Below are positions 13,201 to 24,768 of a stretch of DNA of 64,000 nt, one piece after another (the stretch's first letter is position 1; each line of letters starts with the position of its first letter). The stretch is from Mizuhopecten yessoensis (Eukaryota), in the NCBI RefSeq assembly GCF_002113885.1, contig NW_018408913.1, positions 451,537 through 515,536 of the forward strand, written 5' to 3'. The notes under the pieces are model-generated. The model was not told where the DNA came from, ran no database searches, and worked only from the letters and a program-made list of their open reading frames with translations. Both the position numbers and the translations under genes were made by a program.

Positions 13201-16200
13201 TGCAAGTTTTACAGACAATTTTGCCAATTTATTGGTCATCGATAATGAGTTGATACATGATGTTAACATGTTGAAGAATTGAAAATGAAATGATCTAAGC
13301 CTGGGTTTTGAGTGATAAAACAAATGAATCCATAAGGCAGCTTTATATCGATAGATGAGTGAACCGTTCTTGCTGAATTTGACGGTACATCTTTTACAAT
13401 TTATTTCCATCAAAGGATGATTACAATCCACAAGCATTAATCCTCCAGATCAACACTTGTTTGTTTCCAGAGCCCTGTGTTGGGAGAGAGGAAGCAGTGC
13501 TGTACCAGCCAGTATGGTATCCACTACCGAGAACGGTATGGCAAAGCTGGTACTGGAGATCCATGGGGTAACCAAGTCATCTAGCGACGAAGACATGAAC
13601 GTAGAACCAGTCCTTAAGGCTGGAAAGAAGAGTGACCAGGAAAAGTCAGAGAAAACACCACAGGTAAAAAAGCAGTATTTTCAATGCAAGGTGAAAAAAT
13701 AATCCATACTTAAGTGAAAACTGCTAAATCCTCAGTTTAAAGGATTTTTACACAAATACCGATCTGTCATTACATTACTTGTTTTTTTCTCAGGTTGTTG
13801 AAAAGAAGACTGAGCCAAACAAACCAACCAAACAAAAGAGGCGGTCTAGCATTGGTAAAGGGGAGAAGACCCCTACAGGACCCTCATCTAAGAAACAGCG
13901 TAAAAATACAAGGGTCCGAGGCTTGAAACTAAAGCTGGAGAATGAATCGTCATCAGAGGAGAAATCCGACAAAGAAAACTTCAGTATGGAGGAAGCAAAG
14001 CTTTCAAAGTCGGCTCAGTCAGAAAAGAAAATTGTCCACAGCCAGCCTCCCAATCTCACAAAAGTCACTCTCTCCGTCTGTAAAGATGTGACAAGCAGAG
14101 GTACAAAACTTTATAGTTGTTTAATTTCACAGTTCTAATATTTAATAATCACAACATCATGAAATATGAATCCAGAAAATATTTTGAGTATAAACGTTGT
14201 AGAAAACGATCCACTGTGGTCATTATTTCATCATACTAGTTAAAATATTAATGGCAATTGCAGTATTTTTTGTCATCAAATTTGCACAAAAGTGAGTTTT
14301 TGAAGATACATATATATATGCCTGCTAAATTGGAACTAATTATGTAAAAAGTATGGTTGTAGCTTTACCTATAGCAAATGTAATTGCTTTATACCAATAG
14401 GAAAAGTCCTTGTAGCGTTGGAACAGTCTGTAAGACAACAATTCTGATATATGTGATAGTCCGTTTCTCACAGCTTCAGAGAAGTGAAGTTGTGGTTTTA
14501 GACCATCACAGAGAAATCCATGTCCTCCACCGGTGAGGTCATGGAGTGCATTGCTTCACCCAGGAAAACTGGGGACAGGGTTGTCCTCCATAGCTTTACT
14601 GGTTTTGCGGATGCATACACCATTAAAAACAATAATGAACGAAATGAAAATTACAAAATTGAATAGCAATGTTGTTGCCCCATTTTCAAGATAAAACCAA
14701 TTTTGCATTATCAGATTCAATAATTGCAGAGATGCAAAATATAAACGGTACATTTTTGTTCACTTCAAGGATTTCTGAAATCTTGAACCTCTGGAAAATA
14801 ATATATTTAAGAGAACTTTAGACCTTTATCACCTATTAAGTGATATAGATTAAGATAACAATTATGCTTTACAGCTGGCCCCAACCCAAGCAGTCGATGG
14901 GGTCACAGCCTGTGTATGATACCTGACAAGAAGATGGCTGTACTTGTTGGAGGACAGGGGGAGCGACAACAGCTCAGCAAAGACTCCGTTTGGACACTCG
15001 ATCCAGGTAAGTCTAGCTAGGGCATGGGGCAATATGTTGATGTGTCCTGATACTTTCTTTAATGATACAATGTAAAGAAATACATTACAATGACACAGTA
15101 TGGTGATACTTCCCATATATGAGAAAAACACTTCAAATGGTTGTTTATGTCCATAGTAATGTTGTCTCGCTGCCACAAAGTAGCAGAAGCGAAACTTAGG
15201 TGTTGCTTTTCCGGCGGCATTGACATGAAGTTTTGTGTTTAAGTTAGTTTCTCTGAAACTATAAGTGCTACACCAACCAAACCTGACATGTTCATTGATG
15301 GTCAAAGCGGGGCACAGGTGAGATATGAATCTGAATGGCTTGTTCATTTAAATAAGAGGGTATAATTTACAGCATGTGACCAAGAACATCAGGAATTTCT
15401 AGCCACTTATAAAAGGAAACTTATGTTATAGGTCCCTCCTTATAATCAAGAGGTCCAGGGATCAAACTCCAATCACAGACACAGGGATATTTTTGTGTCG
15501 AAGGAAAACAATATAAACATTTTCTTGGTATTGAACTCTTTCAACTATTGTTAATTTGCAAGCAGCATTAGAACTTTTCTTCTTGTCTGGGGATAAAAAG
15601 CAGTGTGCTGAGACTCTATAATTTTTTAATAAGGCATATTATAAATTTTATTATATATGGTTAACTTATTTATCTTTCTTGTTTTTATTTCATGAAATAA
15701 AATTTTAAATACACTGCAATAATATTTTCAAAGAGACTTACCTCCCCTTGATCAGTTGATGCACATTTCACTAGGGGTCTGTTTGTTTATGCGGAACAAC
15801 TGGTTTGACCGTTTATAAATGTAACAATTTCAGGTATAAATCCTCGCAGACCTGCAAATGTTTTTGCATGCCTTGTAAGACATTGTCAAGGCTTGCCTGA
15901 AAGCAGCATCAGATCACTAGGTCCGACCGGTTTGACCGTTTAAACAAAAACGGCCTAGTATTTTAACAAGACCGAAAACTTGACACAAGTTAACTTAAAT
16001 AACAAATTATTACCACATGGTGTGAATTTAGGTGATTTTTTTAACACATAAAATGGCACATAACGACATTTTTAACATCTGTGGGTTGGTATATAGGTAT
16101 AAGCCCATTGAGGAATTCAGATTTTCAGTCTTTTCAAATGAAGTACAGTCAGAATTCCAATGACTATTGGGTGAACAAACTAAATAGCACAACACTAAAT

Positions 16201-19200
16201 AATTATACCCAAATGATTTACAGATAAAAGTGAACTGATAGAGAATATAATGTAATAAGGAGTGTTTTACTCATTTCTCAGTGACAAGGAAGTGGCGGTG
16301 CCCTGAGCTGAAGTCGGAGACACAGAAGCCCGAGTACAGGATGGGCCACACAGCCACATATGATCCCATGGTCAAGTGTATATATGTGTATGGAGGCTCC
16401 AAGAACCTCAAGTGGTTCCATGATGTACATATGCTGGACATAGACGAGTGGAAATGGCAGCTACTCAAGGTAATTATAAGCCTTTGGAAACTCTTTTTGA
16501 TTTTTAGGCTGCAAAATAGAAGGTAAGGATGGACATTTTGAAATATGTAACAAAGCTTAAATTTAATCTAAGCAATTTTGGGACGTAAAAAAATTATCAG
16601 GGATGAAGATATTTTTTATAATGTCAAACATTTTACAATAAAAAATTACAGGCTACAGGCACATAAAGAGCTGTTTGGTTGGATTAGACAAGTCATTTGC
16701 AGACAGAATATTTGCCAGATTGAACCGAAGGTACTGACAAAGTGGCAATAAGGGGAGGGAACTATAATATTTTAGGATGAAAATTATGTGACATGTCTAT
16801 TCATATTATCTGTGTTTCATTGCCAGGTGTCTGGTAAAGCCCCAACGCGTGCCTACCACAGTGCGACACTGTACCGTAATGAGCTGTGGATCTTCGGTGG
16901 CGTGTATCCCCGACCAGACCCCCAGCCTGATGGCTGCAGTAACGATGTGCACATCTTCTCTCCTGTCATGGAGAGTTGGTACACACCCATCATCAAGGGA
17001 GACAAGCCCATTGCCAGATCTGGGTATGTCAATATTCTGCCTATGCTTATGCTCATTCAAAATAGAGGGAAAATTGAAAATATTTCATTAATGTTTCAGA
17101 ATTGTGAAACACTTGACAGAAGAAATTGGGCATGGTACAACAGATTCATCAATAAACATTGCAGATTAATATCAAGAATAACAAACCATGTCAATATATT
17201 TTAAGATTTGGTAAAATTAGCATTAAATGCCTCCGTCAACTCTTGCTAGTATTACACTAGGTAATGGATATATTGTCAATGCTCTTTGATGACAAATATG
17301 CTGTTTGTGAATTACCTGTGAGGTATACATCGGATCAGATCTGGACACTATTAACTGATTTATACATGTTTTCAGCCACTCGGCCACGCTGATGAAGGAC
17401 CAGCTGGTGGTGTTTGGAGGCTGGGATGCTCCTTATGTGTACAACGACCTTCATATCCTTGACCTCAGTACGTGTAATGCTTTATGCCTTTTCAGCATTA
17501 GCCTTTTAGTGTAATTATTTTGATTTTGTTTGTTGCTTGAGTTTGCTCTGTTTACAGTATATGTAGTTGTTTGTTGACAAATTGATGAGATTTCTGTAAT
17601 GTTTAGTAATATTTCTATATTCCCCATGGTAAAAAATAAATAAACTCAAATGCATGCTTTCTTGTCCCTTAATACAACAAAATTGTTATAAAAACTTAAA
17701 CCTCCGACAATAGAACTCATCACAACACAAACTATTGTAGTATAAAGGACGACAAGACATAATAGCTGTAGATAAATAATCATAAAAATGTTTCCTCCTC
17801 CCCAAGTTGAACAATTATATCAAGAAGAAAACTGTCAACATGAGTATCTAAAAAAGTGTAGCTTACTTGTGCTTGCTGGCAACATGCTATATCATTTCAT
17901 GCACATAAATACACATCATCACTGGTAATATTCTTCATAAATATTCACATTTGTGTTTTTGTCAAACAATTGTTCATTCAAATTTCTCATTTCAGGTATG
18001 GTGGAATGGTCTCAACCCAAAGTCTCTGGTACTCCACCTAATCCACGCAGGTATGTCATCAATTTGGAAGTTTCTGCATTCAATTTTGTTAGGTGACCTA
18101 TGAATACATGGTCCATACAGGCTATGAAAAAGCTTAAATTGAGGTCAGTGCTTGGAAAATGTATGCATCCTTGAATTTGTTGTTTATGGGTTGAAAAGAG
18201 CTGGAATATTTTAAAATTATTTACCAGAGACAACTTGTATATTTTTCTATGAAAAACGTTTTAAAAAATGAATACATATTTTTTCAATTTAAATATGACC
18301 TTGAGCTAAGTACCAAATGCTGTTTAGGAACAGATTATTAGTAAATTGGCCAATCTGCAGAGAGTTACTGATTGTACAGTGTACCTTTAATATATTTTCA
18401 TTGTCAGAAATAAACGTTAGTTGATTTAGACAAAAATTCAGATTGGATAGAGCTCGGGTTAAACAGTGTATTGCATATTGTTGCAAACTTAAAACATAAC
18501 CTCTTCTTTCTCTAGAAATCGGCTAAAAAACTCCAAGCTCCTGGTAGAAGTAATGCTATAATGTTATTTTCAGTTAAAAGTTTTTGGTTGTGATTTGTTC
18601 TGTTAAATCTCTGACAGATGTCTTTTGATCTGTGACATCACAATGTTGGAAAATTTAGTGATTTAGTGTTGTTAATCTGCTCTCAACAGCTGGTTTTCCT
18701 ATCATACTAGTAGGTGGTATATGAGAGCATGTATAATTCAATCAATAACAAAGTCGCATACATTCAACTAATTCGTCTGTTTGTTTTTCCAGTTGGCATG
18801 CTTCCTCTGCACTGTCTGGAAACAGAATACTCATTCATGGTGGCTATGATGGCAATGTGGCCCTAGATGACACCCATGTCTTCTGTCTTGGTACGTAACA
18901 GATTATCAAGATGATGAATAGGGAAAATATAAGGTTTTCATGGAAATAGATGAAAAGAAGAAAGGTTGATTCTCTCATGTGATAGTCCGTTTCTCACAGC
19001 TTCAGAGAAGTGAAGTTGTGGTTTTAGACCATCACAGAGAAATCCATGTCCTCCACCGGCGAGGTCATGGAGTGCATTGCTTCACCCAGGAAAACTGGGG
19101 ACAGGGTTGTCCTCCATAGCTTTACTGGTTTTGCGGATGCATACACCATTAAAAATAATAATAATGATATACATTTCTGTGTAAACAGTTATTATTAAAG

Positions 19201-20981
19201 AATTAAAGAGCATAAACATACTAAGCTATCAACCCTTTTCAAAATAAAAAATTGATATGACACCAAATTGTCTGTTAGAACGCCTTCCTAGTCTCCGTTC
19301 TGAAACATCAACATATGCTACTCGTATTAAACCAAGACGATTTCACTATCCCACGATGTAGGACAGAACTTTTAAAAAAATCATTCATACCTTCATCTGT
19401 AACACAATGGAATTCCCTCAACTCCTGTATAAAGTCAACCCATTCTCTTGTTGCATTTAAAAACTGTTTCAAACATGATGTTGTTTCTATTCCAAAATTT
19501 TTAACAGTAGGAGATAGAAAATTTACAATTTTACACATCAGACTTAGGAACGAATGCAGCAGTCTTCAATATGACATTTATAGAGTTAACCTCAGTGATA
19601 ACCCTTTATGTTTATGTGGGGAAGTAGAAAATGTACATCACTATTTCTATACATGTCCAAATTACTCAACTGTAAGAAATCACCTGGTAAGAAATCTTAG
19701 GAACTTAAATCTTCTAGAGATCCTCCTAACAGACATAAACACACTTCTCTGGGGTAATCATGATCTCACTTTTGAACAAAACAGTAAAACCTTTAACTAT
19801 GTATGTAAGTACATTAAGGATACAAACCGCTTCTAGTAGGTAGTCTTAATTACAACAATTACATCATGTTCGAAGAATAATTTTTCTTTATCTGTGGGAA
19901 AACCTCGGTTAATTCTCTATGAGAAGGTCGGGGTACAGAGAAACAGTCGTCAACAACCTATTTTGTTAATTCAATTTAAATTTAAAAAAAAATGAAATGT
20001 ACATGTTAAGACAGCTATGATGTACCAGGTACATACAATGTATTTAAGTCAGGAGAGGGCTTAAATAAGTTGTAAAAACTTGTGCCCAAACCTTTTGTCA
20101 TTTTCAAGGCAATAAAAATATGTTTAAACCAATAGGGAAAATATAAGGTTTTCATGGAAATAGATGAAAAGAGGAAAGGAAATTTAAAGCCAGGTTGATT
20201 CTCTCATGTGATAGTCCGTTTCTCACAGCTTCAGAGAAGTGAAGTTGTGGTTTTAGACCATCACAGAGAAATCCATGTCCTCCACCGGTGAGGTCATGGA
20301 GTGCATTGCTTCACCCAGGAAAACTGGGGACAGGGTTGTCCTCCATAGCTTTACTGGTTTTGCGGATGCATACACCATTAAAAATAATAATAATGAAATA
20401 AATTTATGATGTAAATAGTCATTATTAAAGAATTAAAAAGGACTAAATTGAAAACAATGTTGTTGACCAATTTCAAGATAAAATCATTTTTGCATGCTCA
20501 GATCTATAAGATACATTTTTGTTCACTTCAAGGATTTCTGAAATCTTGAACCTCTGGATAATAATATATTTAAGAGAATTTTAGACCTTTTGCAGACGTT
20601 GCTCCATATTTTTTCAGTGATTTGTACTTGATTCTGTTTTTGTTCGGGCTTGGCTGGGTTATTGGTTGTAACTGGTTTAAATTATTATTATTTTTATATA
20701 TATATATACTGTCTTTTGTAGATTCCCTAACTTGGATGAGAATTCGTCTGGATCCCAAACCAATTGCCCGTGCTGGCCACCAGGCGGTGTGTCTGCCATA
20801 CTCCCATGACAATGACGACCAGGACGAGGTGTTAGTGTTCGGCGGTGGCGACAACGATGGTGCCTTCTACAGGGATCTCATCAGTGTCAATGTGGCTTTT
20901 AACCCGGAGCTGGAGATCATCAGTAAGGAAAATGACGCCCCGCCAGTCTTGTCTTGCATTGATGGCAATGTGACCTGCTAA
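10205..20981 (+). CDS. Kelch-repeat beta-propeller protein (RABEPK/KLHDC-like repeats) with N-terminal globular domain and charged linker, 582 aa, 11 exons
   Basis: Exons 10205-10263, 12652-12819, 13471-13663, 13794-14100, 14875-15006, 16282-16469, 16827-17023, 17376-17467, 17996-18050, 18793-18890 and 20722-20981. All GT-AG, total 1749 nt, in frame. Six Kelch motifs: PSSRWGHS..VGG, RMGHT..VYGG, RAYHSA..IFGG, RSGHSA..VFGG, RSWHAS..IHGG, RAGHQA..VFGG. Confidence 0.92.
12262..12333 (-). mobile_element. tRNA-derived SINE head
   Basis: Minus strand has box A GGTAGCTCAATTGATAGAGC and box B GGTTCAAATCC, but acceptor and anticodon pairing is poor. A second degenerate box B lies near 12110. Confidence 0.6.
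14453..14622 (+). ncRNA. SNORA79: Box H/ACA guide RNA for U6 snRNA psi31/psi86 (SNORA79/ACA65-like), copy 1, Kelch intron 4
   Basis: Hairpin 1 is GTGATAGTC/GACCATCAC plus CACAGCTTCA/TGAAGTTGTG, with H box AGAGAA 14 nt from the pocket. Its pocket CGUUUC + UUUUAG pairs with U6 CUAAAA-U31-U-GGAACG. The 3' hairpin pocket GCUUCAC + UUUGCG pairs with U6 CGCAAA-U-U86-C-GUGAAGC. The ACA box (14617-14619) is 14 nt from that pocket. U6 sequence is recalled from the human RNA. Confidence 0.88.
18979..19148 (+). ncRNA. SNORA79: SNORA79/ACA65-like H/ACA RNA, copy 2, Kelch intron 10
   Basis: Identical to copy 1 except one T>C in the hinge-hairpin loop; boxes and guides intact. Confidence 0.85.
19211..20130 (+). 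mobile_element. 5'-truncated, frameshifted non-LTR retrotransposon (CR1/L2-like ORF2 C-terminus plus 3'UTR)
   Basis: ORF 19315-19836 has KSFIPSSVTQWNSL, LHIRLRNECSSL and the zinc knuckle CLCG..ENVHHYFYTCPNY, typical of LINE ORF2 C-termini. It ends in AATAAAAATATGTTTAAACC. Confidence 0.85.
20208..20377 (+). ncRNA. SNORA79: SNORA79/ACA65-like H/ACA RNA, copy 3, Kelch intron 10
   Basis: Appears identical to copy 1 over 170 nt while the flanks are diverged; ACA at 20372-20374. Confidence 0.87.
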
Positions 20982-21645
20982 GCTGAGATTAAGCCGATTA
21001 TTCAGGGACCGTGTTGAAGAGGGAAGAGATTGAGGGGATAAATTCCTTGGAGACAAATTAACTTGTAAATTAAAAGATTCTGATTGTTAAAGGGCACAAT
21101 CTGTTGAACTTTCATGCTGTTATGTTTCATCATGAGAAGTAAAATATCCGTTTTCATTGTTAAAATGTGCAATTTTCAGATATTATTTGTTGGCAGCAAA
21201 GTATGTAGGAAGTGTTAATGAGAGTGAAATTGTCCACTGTTATATAAATGTTTATACATACATACTGTTGTATTGTAATTATTCTGTTCTGCTTCCTGTT
21301 TCACTGAAAGCAGTAACTTCTGTAAGAAATTGTTGGTTGAAAGATTTGGAGTTGTTCTCTTTTGGGAACGGAAAACAAATTAAAACAACCATGGTAGTAT
21401 TTGCATGAATCCAATGTATTTATGTAATTCAAATCTCTTTTATTTGTAAATTAACTTTTAATATAATGTCACAATTAATCTGATTTATAGTGATTCGTGT
21501 TGTATGTAATTATGTATAAAAGCAGTTTTTAACTTGTATAATGATTTACAGTGAATGACTTATCATTTATAATGAGAATATCACAAGAAAACTTTGTCAT
21601 AATGGCAACAAGACGACAAATGTTTAATCAAAGGTTATAATTATT

Positions 21646-21651
21646 AATAAA
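21646..21651 (+). terminator. Probable polyadenylation signal of the Kelch gene
   Basis: AATAAA ~665 nt after the stop, followed by T-rich sequence. Confidence 0.5.
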
Positions 21652-22540
21652 TTTGATTTAAAAACTTTTGACTGTTCAGAAGATTTTTTCATTTCAAATA
21701 AGCTTCATACATATTTCACAACAATGTAGACTGATATCTTTGTCAAGAAATTCATTATTGTGTACATTGGACCATGCACCAATGTAGGAAGTATGGCACT
21801 GATTTTGTCAGGTGATGTATATGCCAGATCCATGATCCAAAACCTAGGAGAAAAACTTGTTTATATATCATCACATCATGTAGAGGAGCATAATTTCTTT
21901 AATACTGAATACATTCTAATGGAACAGCTCCAGCACAAATCACAAACTTTTATGTATTGTTTAGCATGTCTGAAGTTCCAGGTTCTCCACCTATTCAAAA
22001 TATTATGAAACCACAGCACTCTTGACTGACCTGTGCCTCTCATCACTGGTCATATGGCTAATCAGTGTCTCCCATGACTCCTACTAGTGCCTTGCACTAC
22101 ACATGCCCGACCACTGCCTTGAAGCATGATAATAATTGCTGGTCTCATCAATTGAATACATGTAGTTCATAGGACCCTGCCCTTTTAAGACTAGGTGTCA
22201 CAAAGCACTAACCTTTATAAAACGCACACAGAAACAACTGACAACATATGAAAAAAATATGGAGAATGCATCAATTAAAAATATTGCAAGCACCGGTACA
22301 TGTACTAAGACATTAACAAGAGTGTTAAAACTAGCTAACATAAAAAAAAGTTGCAATGAAGGCAACCTATCATTTGGATTGATAAGTTGCCTTTATCTGG
22401 CATCGTAAATCATCAAGGTATGGTCGTGGTGCTATTTGGTATCCAGGGTAATGGGTTTTTATGATGTCATTTAAAACGAAATCTGGTTTTTGTGGCGTCG
22501 TTTAATTCAAATTTCGTAGAGGGGGAAAATATCGTATTAA

Positions 22541-23347
22541 TGTAGCACAGCTGGTACATGTTTATGTGTGACGTTTGGATGACTAGTACGGTACATACTC
22601 GCCCTCCTCAAATGACCAGTGAGCGTATACATAGTACACAAAGATGTAAGAGTTGGCAATATAAGATCGACGTCGATTCGGCTATGCTATAAGCGTATGC
22701 ACACTTAGTTGTTATGCGTGCACGAAATGATTATTCAAACCGATAAATTAATGCGGATAATTTTTGTTTATACCTGGTCATATATGTGTCAAGTCTTTGA
22801 GACCCCTCATCTCGATTCAAATCTTGTCGCTGCGGATGGCGCCCCTTACCTGCCGCTTAATAGATTATTCTCTGTTCAGTACCTTACAGTTGTTCCAGTA
22901 AATACCATGGTTTTGCTAAATATAGCGCATGGTTTGTTTTATTGACCTGGGACCTGCTTCCTTTCAGACCAGGAGAATTTCTTTCCCTGTTGCGTTTCCG
23001 TTTCTTTTCGGTGTTCACTAAATTGCCTTCCAGTTTCTTTTTCGATGTAGAATGCGTTATAGTTCTTCATCGTGTGATTTACTGGGGTAATTCCAAAGTA
23101 CAGGACAGTTCTAAAGCGAGATGAGGGGGCCAATAGACTCTCGCACAACTATGACCATGTATAAAACAAAGCGTAGCCAGATCGATTCTTTTATCTTTTT
23201 CGTCATTTTGTACATATGATCTACATCGATTTTATATTGCCAACTTGTTTACGCTTCACGGGTCATTTATTTGATGAAGGTGCCGATTATGTACTGTACT
23301 AGTCTTAGAACGTCGCACATAAAACACGTACCTGGTTGTGCTACATG
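22541..23347. mobile_element. Decayed Penelope-like retroelement (GIY-YIG endonuclease remnant) with inverted pLTR-type arms
   Basis: Minus strand 23065-22770 gives the frameshifted fragments AFYIEKETGRQFSEHRK, NHGIYWNNCKVLNRE*SIKRQVRGAI and LNRDEG. Plus strand 23068-23160 gives HRVIYWGNSKV and KRDEGANRLSHNYD. The downstream non-coding parts of both arms are homologous (TATATTGCCAACT, TGTACYGTACTAGTC, TGTGCTACAT). Confidence 0.75.
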
Positions 23348-24768
23348 AACATTTCTACGATCCATACTAATAGTATTATTACTGATGTTCACGACAGTTT
23401 GGATTTTGATGTGGATCATCAGAATATGTAAATTTATAGTATACTTAAGTGGTATATATAGTCTGCTGTACCTCAATAGAATGTCTCCTAGAAAAATTCA
23501 ACACTATTTTGAAAGTTTTGTTACCAGAAATATATCATTGTTTTGTGACGGAAAAGAACGAGGCTTAAGTGAGCATGAACACAACGGCAACGGTGGTTGT
23601 TTTGAGGGCTGTGTTATCGCAGTTGTCCGGTATGAAACAAATTTTTCCGGTTTTGTTTCTTCTTAACAACGTTTTTCTAGTAATAGTACTAAGTAAGGCT
23701 GATATAAGCAACAATAATATATCCATGCGATGTTAGTGCTTTTAAGTAACTTTATATCAATGGACATGTTCTTTCTCTTATTTTGGCAGTTTGCTACTTC
23801 CCATTGATATTTTCTGACTATTTGGACCAACTGAGACAAACCACGACCAGCCAGTCTTCTGTTGTTAACGTGCCGTCAGTATCGGTACCACGTCGAGTTA
23901 AGATACTTATAATTCAGTGGCCTTTATATTTGAAACAAAATTGAAGGATGGATATGTTTCAATTCAAGCGGTTCTGATATTTTAATTGAAATGATATAAC
24001 GCAACTCAAACAAGAGGTTCTCACAATGTACCGCTTTCACCCGGTGAGGAAATACCACATTGTGACCTTTCTATACTAATACCATTCCAATATTGGAACT
24101 TTACACAATGATCTATATTTCTCGGACTGATGTTACGGATGGGAAGTTATATTTCCTATACAAACACTGACATCAATTATTCCTTGAAATAGCGTGGCGT
24201 AGGGAGCGAACGTGCTCCCGCGACTGGTGTCATCCCCCGCTAGCGGTACACGAGGGACGCCGACAGGTAATCACACATCCGATATTGGTCTGGGTTATAG
24301 CTGACTTGATGGCACTTTATTGGCTGAAGCGCACGGAAATAATTTGAAATAGTTTGCCTTCCAGTTTATGATGGAATGTAAAGGTTGAGTTTTATATCAA
24401 TCAATTGAGTGTACATTAAATGTATTTAAACCAATGCATGATTCATTGCCTTGCCATTATTACAGATATGAGAATTTGTTCGAGGTGTCCACTTTTTTCA
24501 AAACTGAATATCACATTTTCTCTCTGTAAAGAATGCACTTTTACAATAAAGCAAAAGGGCCTTCACTCTGTTTATTATTCCTTTCCACTAGTTGTTGTTT
24601 TCCTCTCGTAAGTATTGTTGTTGTTGCTGTTTCCATTGTGATTACCGTTGTTTCACTCGATTTATTGCTGTTTTTACTTTATTGTTGTTCCATTGCGTTA
24701 ACTCTTGTTAGTTAATATTTCCGGTTTCTCCTCTTGTTGGTATAACCATTCTTTTCCCGTGTAAATGT

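Noticed and set aside
14460-14470. CCGTTTCTCA complementarity to 18S rRNA (UGAGAAACGG)
   Set aside because: The U6 assignment explains both sides of both pockets with correct 14-nt spacing; the 18S match needs part of the upper stem and has a poor second arm.
14862-15347. 161-aa minus-strand ORF and other antisense ORFs over Kelch, K2P and galectin exons
   Set aside because: They are shadows of real plus-strand exons with no recognisable motifs.
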